Shown one piece after another: positions 52,430-64,000 of a stretch of 64,000 bases of DNA; the first letter of the stretch is position 1, and every line of letters begins with the position of its first letter. The position numbers and the translations under genes were made by a program. The DNA is from the human T2T-CHM13v2.0 reference genome, Homo sapiens. The notes beneath the pieces are model-generated. The model was given only the letters and a program-made list of their open reading frames with translations, did no database searches and was not told where the DNA came from. The stretch is taken from the NCBI RefSeq assembly GCF_009914755.1, contig NC_060927.1, one strand, 5' to 3'.

Positions 52430-53797
52430 TCTGACCCAAGCATTTCTATTGCATGTCATCTCCACTGTCCAGATCCTTATCACATTATAGCTATACTTTC
52501 AGTGTTTTAATGGAAAAGTAACATATAAAATGAATATTGTTATAATTTTATGAGATATTTTATCGTATCCTTTTATTTGAATATTATACCATACAGAGGT
52601 GGGATTATATGACTGCCCAAATCTGACAGAAGAGAATATTGAGACTTAGAGGGATTAAGTATATTTCTTATGACAACTTCAAATAAAATCCTCAAATTCA
52701 AAATTTTGTCCTATGTCTACTTTGCTCTTCTGGCTCCTAAGTTGTATATCTGAATTTGTACAATCTCTGGAAGATGAGTCTCATGGTAAAAATATTTTGA
52801 TCATGAAATAGCAATGATCATATAATATTTATCTTGTAAAACTGAAACTCAAGTTTTGAAGGTCTTTTAAATGCTAACCCTGTTTCACCTCTCTAACTTT
52901 ATTTCTTGTTTTTCCTCCTACTACCCTTGCTCTTTCTAGACTAGTCTTTTCACCATCCTCCAAACTCAGAGAAGGTTTTCCAACTCTTTGAATTCATTCA
53001 TACAGTTTTTGTTCTTAAAAAGCTCTTTATTCTCTCCTTTTTACTTTAATCATCTTGATCACTTAAAATGTGTTTCAAATTTTGCTTTCTCTACAAAGTC
53101 ATTTATATATGAGTATGTTTATAACTATGGTTTTCTGCATGTGTGAGTATGTGTAAACAAGTTCTAAAATGGAATAGCCAATCACACGTTCAGATTTTTA
53201 CCCCTGGTTTTTATGGAAAGTATCGTGAAGACATAGACATTGAATTCTATATATAATATGCCTCCTTTATGAAAACAAAACAATCTCATAAAGTGGGGAT
53301 TATCTCAAAAAACCTTATACATTCCTGTGAAAATAATACTGCTCACTGTGATCATTTTCTTTCAGAAAATTCTTAGTTTTTATAATTTGTTAATATTTGG
53401 CATCTTATCTCTCCAACTATCTTTTTAGCTCTGTGAAAGTACTCATAGGCATCTTTGTTTCCTGTAATGCCAAGATCATTGCCGAGCTGATAGTACACTT
53501 GAGACTAAAAACAACGGAAAAGGGTATAAGCAGACCATAACTTCCAAAGGATAAAGCAACCACATCCTGTACTGATCTATGTTTTACTGCTAACCTGCTC
53601 CAGAAATAAGGCCAGCTAAGCCAGAAGTACTGAATAATTGGTAAAAATATTTGCACTTAATAAAATCACATGTTAAATATTATACTTTTCCCCAATATAT
53701 TTGTTACCAATTTCTCACAAGGCCATTTATTTATTTCACCAAAGAACTTTATGTGAATCTTCTGTCTCTTTTTTGATAGTTCTTAAAAGTTAATAGG

Positions 53798-54118
<321 letters not shown>

Positions 54119-55323
54119 CTAAGCAAATTCTCACTGGTTGCTTTACAGGCCAAATCCTTACTTTATCTGAGTACATCCAGCCTATGATTCTCCCAGGAAC
54201 TGTCCTGGGAGCAGACAGATGAAGCAGGGCCATCTGTCAACTTGGAAAAGATCCCACACCAGAGACAGACAGGTAGCATTTTGCTCTAGGCACTGATTGA
54301 GCCATTTACAGGGGATCTGCACATGGTAAAGGAACATAATCTGACTTAACAGTTCAGGCTGTGTATTTAAAGGATCATGCAAAGAAATCTGTGACACACA
54401 TAAAGACATACTGGCAGTTAAAAATATTTCACAGCATAATATATCCAAGTATTGGCTAGGAAAAAGATAAGAGATACCCAGCGAACTTTCAACAAGGAGC
54501 AGAACTTTCCCAGAAAGCCAAGGTGAAAACAAACAATAGTGCCTACTCTCTTTCTAGATTACGTAGATGTAAAATACCTTAAAAGGGCTCATTGCTAAAA
54601 TGTGAGGCACTACCTAAAATGAATATTTACACAGATGAAAAAATAAACAGGTGAACTCTAATGATGAATATAATTCTAAAATTCTAAAAATTTTGTCTCA
54701 TGTATAAATTGAGCCATGAAATATACTAAATAAAAAATGTTCCTATAAAATATATAGATGTGAATTTGTTGGAGGAGGGAAGGGAAAGAATTATTTGTAA
54801 TATGTCATCTTTCCTATTAAAAGGGAAATAAAATAGAATTGTATTTTTTCAAAGCCATGCAATGAATTAGAAGTATTATCATCTGCATTGTTATGAAAGA
54901 TAAAATAAGAGACAGCTTTGTTCATGGACTTATTCCCAGAGATTCAGAAAGTAAGAAGCAGGGCATAGAGACCTCTTATCCCTACTATGAAGATTATATC
55001 TAAAGAAATAAAAAATACAATTCCCTAATGTTTTATTTCACTCAGTATTTCAGAATGAAATCTTTTAGCTTAAAAAATTCTTATTTATAGAATATAAGAA
55101 ATGAGACCATCTTTAGAAATTATTAAAATCTAACTCTCTAATTTTACAAAGTGTTAGACCCAGAAATTTTACCTGAGATAAATTAAACATTGTGACCCAG
55201 ATATTTGTGTTTATTTATTCAATGATACATAGATGATAGAAAAAGGAAGATGGTAATTCCGGTCTCCTAAATACCAATGCAGGGTTCTTGCTACTCTATC
55301 TTGTACTCATGTCTGACAATCAG

Positions 55324-55347
55324 AAAAAAAAAAAAAAAAAAAAAAAA
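55324..55347. repeat. A24 homopolymer
   Basis: Seen directly in the sequence. Confidence 0.97.
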
Positions 55348-55369
55348 GCAGCTTCTGGCATTTGGAAAG

Positions 55370-55880
55370 TGGCCTGACACGACTAGGCTTTGATTTTCTT
55401 CTATTGAACATAAACAATTTAACAGAAATATCAACATCAGAAAAGGCCATGCTGTGCTATCAATGAGAATTAAGACAAAAACAAGACTATTCCATAATCA
55501 TGGCTCAACACAAATAGTATGATCATTGTCTCAGCCATAGAAAAGACCAAACATCTCAATCCTGACTAATATGCTTGACTGCTGCTTCTTTACCAATTAC
55601 ATCTTTAGCCCCAATGTTTTCCTCCTGCCTTATAGACACTATTTATTATGAATCCAATCATAGAATTGTTCCTGCTTCCTGACAACATCCAATCTGGAGC
55701 AAATCCATGCTTCTGTGAATCTTTCCTAACACAAGCTCAATTCCTGTAAATATTTTCTAACAACTTCTTACTGAGATACTTTTTTATTATGAATTTTCTC
55801 CCTTTTTCAAAGAGCAATAAAACCATTGTATTCAACTACAGTCTACTTTCCCAGTGTTCTTTGGTGAATGGGTAATGACA
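55370..55880 (+). mobile_element. ERV1 (MER4-group) solo LTR, subfamily uncertain (MER90/MER110-like)
   Basis: Recalled motifs gactgctgcttctttaccaattaca, ccaatcatagaatt and cttcctgacaacatccaatc. AATAAA near 55816 and terminal ...tgaca. 5' boundary approximate. Confidence 0.65.
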
Positions 55881-56759
55881 ATAAAAAGCAGCCATTTATT
55901 AGAAGAAAAAAAGATAATCTATGATGAACTATCTTAAAGGTAGTTCATTATTGGATTAAAATTAAAATAGCTTGCTTATATTACATAATCAATGCTAATA
56001 GTTGGAGTTTTCTTCATTTAATTAAACTCACCCAAGATTACCTACATATAAACACCCTCTTATTTCTCCAAATTATTAAATGTCTTTCTGTGACTTACAT
56101 ATTGCAAAATTTCTTATTCACAATTTGTAAAAAGTGGGAAGAATTTAGAAATTATTAATTCTGAGCTTCTCATTTTAGAATGAGTTAGATCCAGACATTT
56201 TACCTATGATAAATTAAACATTAAGACCCATATGTTTTTGTTTATTTATCCTAGAACTTGAGAAAAAAATTTAAATCTTGGACTGCCACTTCTGGACAAG
56301 ATTAGGAAACACCTAGAATAAAGGACAAAATATGGAAACAATGATTCTCAGAAAATTGAGCATCAGACAAGAAAAGACAGTGATCCCTGAGAGATGGAAA
56401 ATGAAAAGGTCAGTTTCATTTGCCCAGGTTTTCTGTCTAGAGAATAATTCTGGGCCACAGTGCTGAGATGGAAAAATCAAAGAGTTCAGTGGTGTTCCTG
56501 AGCTGAGCAGAAAGAACTGGGAGTTCAGACAAACCAAGGTGGCTAGAATTTGCATGACAAAAGTCTCCTGTAGGAGAGAGCTATGCAGAAAGAGAACTCA
56601 GAGAGTTGCAGAGGGTTCCCCTCCTGTATTCATTTGAGTACTGATTATTACATATATACAAACTATCTGGAGCCAGAGAAAGAAAAATATAAGGCCAGAT
56701 AATGGCTGTTCTCAAAAGACAGAGTGGAAACCTCATTAACTTATGAGGTATCCATTGGG

Positions 56760-56950
56760 AGAGCAACTGGCAAACATTTCCTTAAAGGGTCAGGCTTTGT
56801 GGACCACATAGTTTTTGTTACAGCTGTCATTGTAGCACAAAAGCAGCCAGAGAAAATAGAAAAATGGAAAAACACAACCATGGTTCTGTTTCAATATACT
56901 TTATTTATCAAAACAATCCCCAGTCTTCCAGCTGGAGTTTGCCATTTTTG
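56760..56950. mobile_element. MER58A-like hAT-Charlie MITE
   Basis: ggcaaacatttccttaaaggg...ggctttgtggacca...aaagcagcca...gtttcaatatactttattta. Confidence 0.7.
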
Positions 56951-58431
56951 GCTAAGAAAGATCTTGCCTTGGTATTGAAAAAACATTAAGTCTGGATTAA
57001 ATGCTTTTTCTGGCCCCACATACAAAGCATAAATCAAGACCTGAAAGGAACAAACTGTTCTCATTTAACTAAACTGCATCCCAGAAAAAAGCTCAAAAAT
57101 ATTTTTATATATATTTAAAAATCCAGTATGCAAACAGATAAAATTTATGTCATTTATTAGATCTAATATTGCCAGGTATGCAAAGATGTAGAAAAATATG
57201 ACACTTAATGAGAAAAATCTTAGTTAACTGAAACATCCAAAGATAACACAAATAACTAAATTAGCAGAAAATGACATTAAAACAACTATTAAAATTGTAT
57301 GGCATATACTCAATAAATTGGATAAAACATTTAACAATTAAAACACAGAAGGAAGATTCAAATTGAACTTCTAAAGATGAAAGCTAAAATGTCTGCAATG
57401 AAAAAATATTCTGGTAATGAATAACTTCTGATTAGACATTGTATGAAAAAGGATTAATTAACTTGAAGACATAGCAATAGAAAACACAAAACACCATAAC
57501 ACCAAAGTGAAACACAAGTTAAAGAAACATGAGAAAAATGAACAAAATGTTACTGAACTGGCAGACAACTCAAGTAGCATAATATAAAATGTAATTGAAG
57601 TCCCTGAAGGAATAAAGAAAGAAATAGATAGAATACCTAAAGATACAATGACTAAGTTTTTTTCCAAATTTCTTAAAACCTGTAAGCCCACAAATCCAAG
57701 AAACTCAAGAAAACTCAAACACAAGAAACTATACCAAGGCATACAGTAACCAAATTGCTTTATACCAGTGAAAGAAAATTTTAAAAGCAGCTAGAGAGTA
57801 ACCCATTGTACACAAATGATCTCTTCTTGAAATAGTGCAAGTTAGAAGAGAGAAACATCATTTGAGTACTGAAAACAACAGCAACAACAACCAAAAAAAA
57901 GAAATGAAGAAGAAAGAAAATCGTCAATCCCATCAACATAAAATTCTTTATCAATTAAAAAAATCTATTAAAAATAAAAGCATGTTTCTAAAGAAAAAGC
58001 CTTTAAAAACCTGCGGGGGAAAAAAAAGGATTTTGAAGACATTCAAAATGTAAAAGAATTAACCACCAACAGATATACAATATGAAGAATTATAAAGACA
58101 GTTATTTGAGCACAAGGAAAATAATACAAGATGGGAATTTGGCTATAAACAAAGAAATGGAGACAATCAAAACTGGATATTTTATGGGTATACAAAAGGA
58201 ATTATTTACGTCTACTTAAGTGTTAACTGTTTAATGGCAAAAAATGAAGTCTTATGAGTCTTATCACTTTTACAGAAATAAAATGTATGACAACAGTGGT
58301 ACAAAGGCTGGGAAGAAATAAACAGAAGCATACTGTTGTAAAGTTCTTTTACATGATACCTGTATATCACTTAAAAGTAGATAGACTTTGATATGTTAAA
58401 GACATATACCATAAACCTTAAAGCAATCAAT

Positions 58432-58740
58432 GGCTGGGAAGGATGTGGAGAAGTTGTATCACTTATACAATACTGGTGGGAGGGTAAATTGGTATAGCCA
58501 CTCTGGAAAACAGTTGTATATGATTACATACACACAAGTGAGTGTATGCAAATCTGGAGAAATTTAATTAAGGTAGGTGGGTTTTATCAAAGTATATGTT
58601 ATGGCTATGATATTGTATTATAGGTATACAAGATGTTATTTTTCAGGAAAACTGAGTGAAGCTATGCAACATTTCTTTGTATTATTTCTTACAATTTCAT
58701 GTGAATATACAATTCTATAGAATTATCTCAAAGTAAAAGG
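58432..58740 (+). mobile_element. Nested L1MC-like 3' fragment
   Basis: ggaaggatgtggagaag...ggtatagccactctggaaaacagtt and gtattatttcttacaatttcatgtgaat...ttatctcaaa. Confidence 0.65.
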
Positions 58741-59062
58741 AAACAAAAAAAGGATCAAAAGAGATATAAGTGTATTTCAAAGCAAATGATATTAACAAAA
58801 AGAGATGATAAAGGGAGCAATTCATCAACATAATAAACCTAAATTTAGTGTACCTAAAAATAGAGCTTTAAACTACACAAAGCAGAAACTAACAGAAATT
58901 TTACAGAGGAGTAGAAAAACCCACAATTAGAGTTGGAGATTTCAATGGCTTTCTTTCAATCGGTAGAACAAGTAGACAGAAAATCAGAGACTTGTGCAAC
59001 CTTTTTGTAATTGACATTTGTAAAACACTTTGCTAGACAAGAGCAGAACATATTTTTTGAAA

Positions 59063-59280
59063 GCAGTGATTGGCAAACTTTTTTCTGTCAAGGTTCAGAA
59101 ATAAAATAATTTAGACTTTGCAGGCCATATGCCCGGTGTCATGACTACCCAAGTTTGTCTTTGAAACAGAGAAGCAGCCATAAACAATACATAAATGAAT
59201 GAAAGTGGCTATGTCCCAAAAAAAAAAAAAAACACATTGTAAGATAGATAGGGCCATGGGCTGTGGTTAGCCAACTATTT
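59063..59280. mobile_element. MER58A-like MITE
   Basis: cagtgattggcaaactttttctgtcaagg...gactttgcaggccata...gaagcagccataaacaatacataaatgaatg...gccatgggctgtggttagccaac. Confidence 0.8.
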
Positions 59281-59454
59281 TTTCAATGTGTACGTGAAAC
59301 ATTTAACAGGTTAGATTACCTTATAATTATGATTATATTATTGTAAATATGAATATAATTTATAATATTATTAACATAATTATAATTGTATTATAATATA
59401 CCCTGAGTATCACAATATAAAACTAAATAAATGGATGAAAATCACACTGAAATC

Positions 59455-60294
59455 TGATAGTTTCCTTGACCTCTTCAAAGGACTCACAAGCGGGTTGGCT
59501 TTTTACTCAGCCCAAAGCTCTCAACCCCTCACGGGAGGGGGAACATGCAGGTGGGCAGGTGCAGAGGCCAGGATGAGCGCTTCTGGGTAACCAACAAGAG
59601 CAGAACTCCGTGTGAACCTGCAGCATCATCTAGGGGTTGCCCATGACCCCCAGAGCCTCAGAGGGAATGTGTTACAGTGTCCTCTTTTACTTTCACTGTC
59701 TGTGGGTGGCTTAAGTGTTAGACAGCTCAGTGGAGGGTCGTGTGACAGCCCCTTGCACCCACACCCAGGTCATTGTCTGGCATCCAGGAGGAATCAGGTC
59801 ACACAAATGAATTGAAGGGTGGTGGATGTGGAGGATTCTATTGAGTGGTGGAAGTGGTTCTCATCAGGATGGGGAGCTGGAAAGGGGATGATGTGGGAAG
59901 GTGGTCTTCTCCCTTCAGAGAGACAGCTTGACAGTGGGACCTCAGAGAAGAGTTCAGTCATCCCCCGCCAAACTCTTCTCTGAGGACCCACTGTTAAGCG
60001 TCAAGCCATCCCTCTGAAGTCAAGCTGCTTTTCTCCAATGTCTGGCTGTTTCTTCTCTTCTCTCCTTCTCTGCTGCTCTGCCACTCTGCCACTTTTGCCA
60101 GTGGAGCCTGGGGTTTTTATGGGTACAGGATTGGGAGCAGGGCAGGCCAGAGTGGTTTTGAAAAAGGCAACATTCGGGTGGGAAAACAGGAATGCATGTC
60201 TCACTTTGGGCCATGGATTCAGGCTTGAAGGTGAGGTTTTGCTGGGGACAGCCCTATTCTACCCAGTATTTTTCCCTGTCTCCTGTCTGTATTA
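59455..60294 (-). mobile_element. LTR1-family (ERV1, HUERS-P2-associated) solo LTR
   Basis: The reverse complement starts taatacagacaggagacagggaaaaatactgggtagaa (recalled LTR1 start TGATACGGACAGGAG...). A GC-rich ~840-bp block ending in CA. Confidence 0.8.
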
Positions 60295-60581
60295 ATACAA
60301 AATACATTCTCTAACCAACTACTATGAGATTAAGCTATAAATCACTAAAGGAAGTAATAAGATAAATTTCCAAATACTTGGAAATTAAACCATACATTTC
60401 TCAATAATTTATGAGTTAAGGAAAGCATCAGAAAGAAAATTAAAGATATCTTGAATCAAGTGAAAATCAAACATAGCACATATAAATTTGAGAAAGGCAG
60501 GTAAAATAGTGATGAAATGGAAATATATAGCTTTAAATTTTTATATCAGAAATGAAGAAAAATCCCAAAACAGTCATTCAG

Positions 60582-60792
60582 CCAATAGTCAAAAAACTTT
60601 TTCTTAAAGATTCAGAGAGTATTATTTTAGGCTTCTAGGCCTTATATTCTCTGTCACAGTCACTCAACTCTGAGGCTGCAGTGAGAAAGCAATCACAGAC
60701 AATATCTAAACAAATGAGTGTGGCTGCATTCCAATAAAAATTTATTTACAAAAACAGGTTCTGACCCATGGGCTGTAGTTTGCAGACTCATG
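60582..60792. mobile_element. MER58A-like MITE
   Basis: aaactttttcttaaag...ttttaggcttctaggcc...cactcaactctg...gagtgtggctgcattccaataaaaatttatttacaaaaacagg...catgggctgtagtttgc. Confidence 0.85.
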
Positions 60793-62589
60793 TTTAGGCT
60801 TTACCCTTACAAAACCAGGAAAGAAGAACAATCAAAACAAAGAAAGGAGCAATTAATAAAAGATAATGGCAAATATCAATGTAATTCTTAACAGGAAAAC
60901 AATAGAGAGAATGAATGAAATCAAGTGTTTCTTTGAACAGATCAATAAAATTGATAAATTTCTAGCCATATAGTTTAAATGATAAAACAGAGGGCAAATA
61001 AATTACCAACATGAGGAATGAAAGATGAGACATGATTAAAGAACCTATGGGTATTACAATGAGAAGGAAATATTACAAATAATTTATGTTAAGAAATGTA
61101 ATAATTTAGATAGAATGGAAAAATTATTTGGAAGACCCAAATTGCCACAATCTTACTGTCTATCTATCACAATCTTACCACAAAGAAAACTGAAAGACCT
61201 GATAGCTCCACTTATGTATTCTACCAAACATTTAAGGAGTAAATGTTACAAATTTTATATGAAAGATTTCATAATTTTCCAGATCATTTCTCAATTCATT
61301 TTATGGGGCTAGAATTGCCATCATGTCAAAACCATGCAAGCAAAACAAACTATAATATTTCTCATGTACACAGATGAAATGTTCCTAACAAAATTTTAGG
61401 AAATTAAATGAAGTAATATATTAAAATATAAACAAGTGAAATTTATTTATGGAATGCAAGGTTGGTTTAACATTCAAAGTAATCAGTCTAGTTCACCATA
61501 TTAACAAATTTATAAAGTCATATGATCAACATTCATAGATGTATAAAAGCATTTGAAGCAATTTGATATCTTTTTGTGTTTAGAAAAATAATCTCTTGGA
61601 AAACCGTATCAAAAGTGAACATCTTCAGCCTGGAAACATTTACATGTGATAAAAAACTATAATTGATCTCATATTTTAATGGTAAATAGAGAATACATGT
61701 CTCCTAAAATAAGAATTAGGGCAAAATAATGATTCTTCCCTCATCTATCTATTTTGTAATGAAAATACTAGCTTGTGTGATAGGGTAAGAAATAGAAATA
61801 AAATACATAATGTAGGAATGAAGAAGTAAGACACTTTTTAGTCACAGATGACATGATTATCTTTCTAAACTCCTAATTAAAAATTGTTACTACAAAAACA
61901 ATCCTTCTAGATCCAATAGGTGTGTTGAGCAAGTTTACAGGATATATTTTTAATATACAAAAATCAATTTCATATATAAATATTATCAGCAAACAATCAG
62001 AAAATTACTTACATGTCCATATAAAATGTAAAATATTTAGAATTAAATTTTAAAAAATTTTCAAGTCCTCTACATTGAAAAATATAAAACATTGCTGAGA
62101 TAAATTAACAAACATTCCCCCAAATACAAAGTTATACTATGCTTATGAATCAGAAGATTAAATATTCTTAAGATATTTGTTCTCTGTAGATTCAGTCAAC
62201 TTCTTGCCAAAATCTCAAAATGTTTTGAGGTGGAAACTAAAAAGCCAATTTTATAATTTATCTGAAAACGTAAAGGATCTAGAATATTCAAAACAAATTT
62301 GAAAAAATGGAGAAATGAGGGAGGACTTACACTACCTAACTTCAATATTTACTATAAAGCAGTAAGCATTAAAGTGTGATATTGCTGCAAATAATGACAC
62401 GCAGATCATTAGAAATAATAAAATTTAGAAATAGACACACATATCTGTAGTCAATTGACCTTAAGTAGAGAAGAATGGTAAATTAATAAAGAGATGATAA
62501 TTTATATAAAACATCTAACACAATGTTTGTCACATAAGTGATAGGTGCTGTTTTTATTATAATTCTAATTGTAATTAATATTTTTATAG

Positions 62590-62780
62590 TGTTCATAGTT
62601 TGAGCTTTTGAACCAAAATGCTTGTGTTTGAATTCTGAATCCACTGCTCGTTGGCTATGAGACCTTACCTCAGTTTTCTTCTGTTCAATGAGAGTAACAA
62701 TAGTAGTAAATATTGCATAAAGTTGTCTTTAAGATTAAATACATTAATACACATAAAGTACATAGTATCTATGAGTATCT
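62590..62780 (+). mobile_element. MIR
   Basis: gagcttttgaaccaaaatgcttgtgtttgaattctgaatccactg...cctcagttttcttctg. Confidence 0.7.
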
Positions 62781-63831
62781 TTTTTTGATAGAAATGCTTG
62801 CTTGATACCACCAGTTTATATAAAGGCTGAAAAAAAACCAGAACACATTTCTCATGGATTAGGTAAAATACATACTCATAAAGTAAGAGATGCCATTATA
62901 TTTTAAGACTGCATAAAACTTTGTTAGAATCAATGATTTTTAAAAAGAAAATCTTTGAAAACATGACATAGTTGGAAAAAATTTTTTAAAATAATAAATT
63001 CAAAAAATATATAAACATAGAATGCCTTTCAAATTATTTTTATCTAGTTTTTCATGCATAGCTGGACCTGACCGTACTAATTAAAATACATCTCAGTTTC
63101 TTCTTATAACTAAGCTACTCACAATTCATCTATAACCTAGAATAACTGAAACAGATTATTTACATAAATAAAATTATTCTTCTCAACTTTACAAGCCACC
63201 AATTAATTATTGCTGGAGGCAAGATCATTGCTCATCTCTATCTGAAGAAATAAACATTATTTATGTCTGTTTAAGAAATCATATTGTGAGAAGGAGGTGA
63301 AGTAGATGTATATAGTATTGCCTATCAATGATAATAAACACGGAACTGGAACGCAATTAATTTTTATTGAAGTAAACCATCTCATTTTCTTTTAAGACAA
63401 AGCTAGTGGCTTTGATTTGTGACCAAAGATAATATCAAGGGTCTTAAATCACAAAATATGTCATTACATACCTTGAGTAAATGTGCAAATGTGTGTATTC
63501 ATTTTTCTTCATAGCTTCTACATTTTGAATACGGTATCAGTAATTCATACTTATCTAAAGTTCATGTGTTATTTCTACATTTGGTAAGGATTATTTTTCT
63601 GTTTTGTTTTGCAATATATTTTTTAACATTTAAAATTATTTTTAACAGTTGATATAATATTATGATTTATTACTTCATGATTAAGAAGGACAAATCCTTT
63701 CTTTGAACAAGGGTCTCCCAAGTAGGTGGAATATTCTGCAAACACCATCTCTTCTGTCATAATAAAGAGCTTGGAACCAATAGCCACTGAATAAAGCTAT
63801 TCAAAATCCTTGATCACAGATTATTTATTTA

Positions 63832-63970
63832 TTAATTCATTTATTTAAAAAATACTTGTTGATTGCTTACTATGGCAGAAACTCTTCTAGGTTCTGGGAA
63901 AAGAGCAATGAACAAAAAAATCAGAAATTTTTATCCTCATGGGGCTTCTTTCTACTTGAGGAGATATCTA
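63832..63970 (-). mobile_element. LINE-2 3' end fragment
   Basis: ttcatttatttaaaaaatacttgttgattgcttactatggcagaaactcttctaggttctggga...atcctcatggggctt. Confidence 0.75.
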
Positions 63971-64000
63971 TTTTTTTAAATACAATAAATACTGTGATAT

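Larger units (their letters stand above)
56270..62465 (+). mobile_element. Old fragmented LINE-1 (L1M4/L1MC-like): 5' UTR, ORF1 and ORF2 remnants with nested insertions
   Basis: A-rich sense L1 motifs throughout (gattcaaattgaacttcta, gagttggagatttcaa, atcaataaaattgataaa, ggaatgcaaggttggtttaacattc, cacagatgacatgatt at the RT ADD motif, gaggacttacactacctaacttcaa). Confidence 0.82.

Noticed and set aside
59612-60295. Cluster of overlapping ORFs and raised GC
   Set aside because: Fully explained by the LTR1 solo LTR. It is CpG-depleted, so not a CpG island.

Overview
This is AT-rich, repeat-dense primate genomic DNA, almost certainly human because it carries an AluYg6-type element with all six diagnostic changes. 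It is intergenic or deep intronic. I find no credible protein-coding gene, tRNA/rRNA, CpG island or CRISPR array. The ORF-track entries are L1, ERV, Alu or simple-repeat by-products. Main content: a 3'-truncated ERVL (HERV16-type) provirus with its 5' LTR16C; a full-length decayed L1PB with 15-bp TSDs and a nested L1PA; an old fragmented L1M carrying three MER58A and an LTR1; several solo LTRs; eight near-full Alus (one nested in another) plus one fragment; and a ~1.37-kb AT-rich tandem array inside an L1PB 3' end. Best leads: (1) a chain of minus-strand splice signals plus a polyA signal at 13.7-16.1 kb suggesting a spliced non-coding RNA; (2) a 30-nt inverted templated insertion inside an Alu linker; (3) a twin-primed L1PA with an extra internal duplication/inversion scar; (4) the AT array apparently seeded by fold-back of flanking L1 sequence. 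Subfamily names come from recalled consensus sequences, not a database run, and boundaries of old repeats are approximate.
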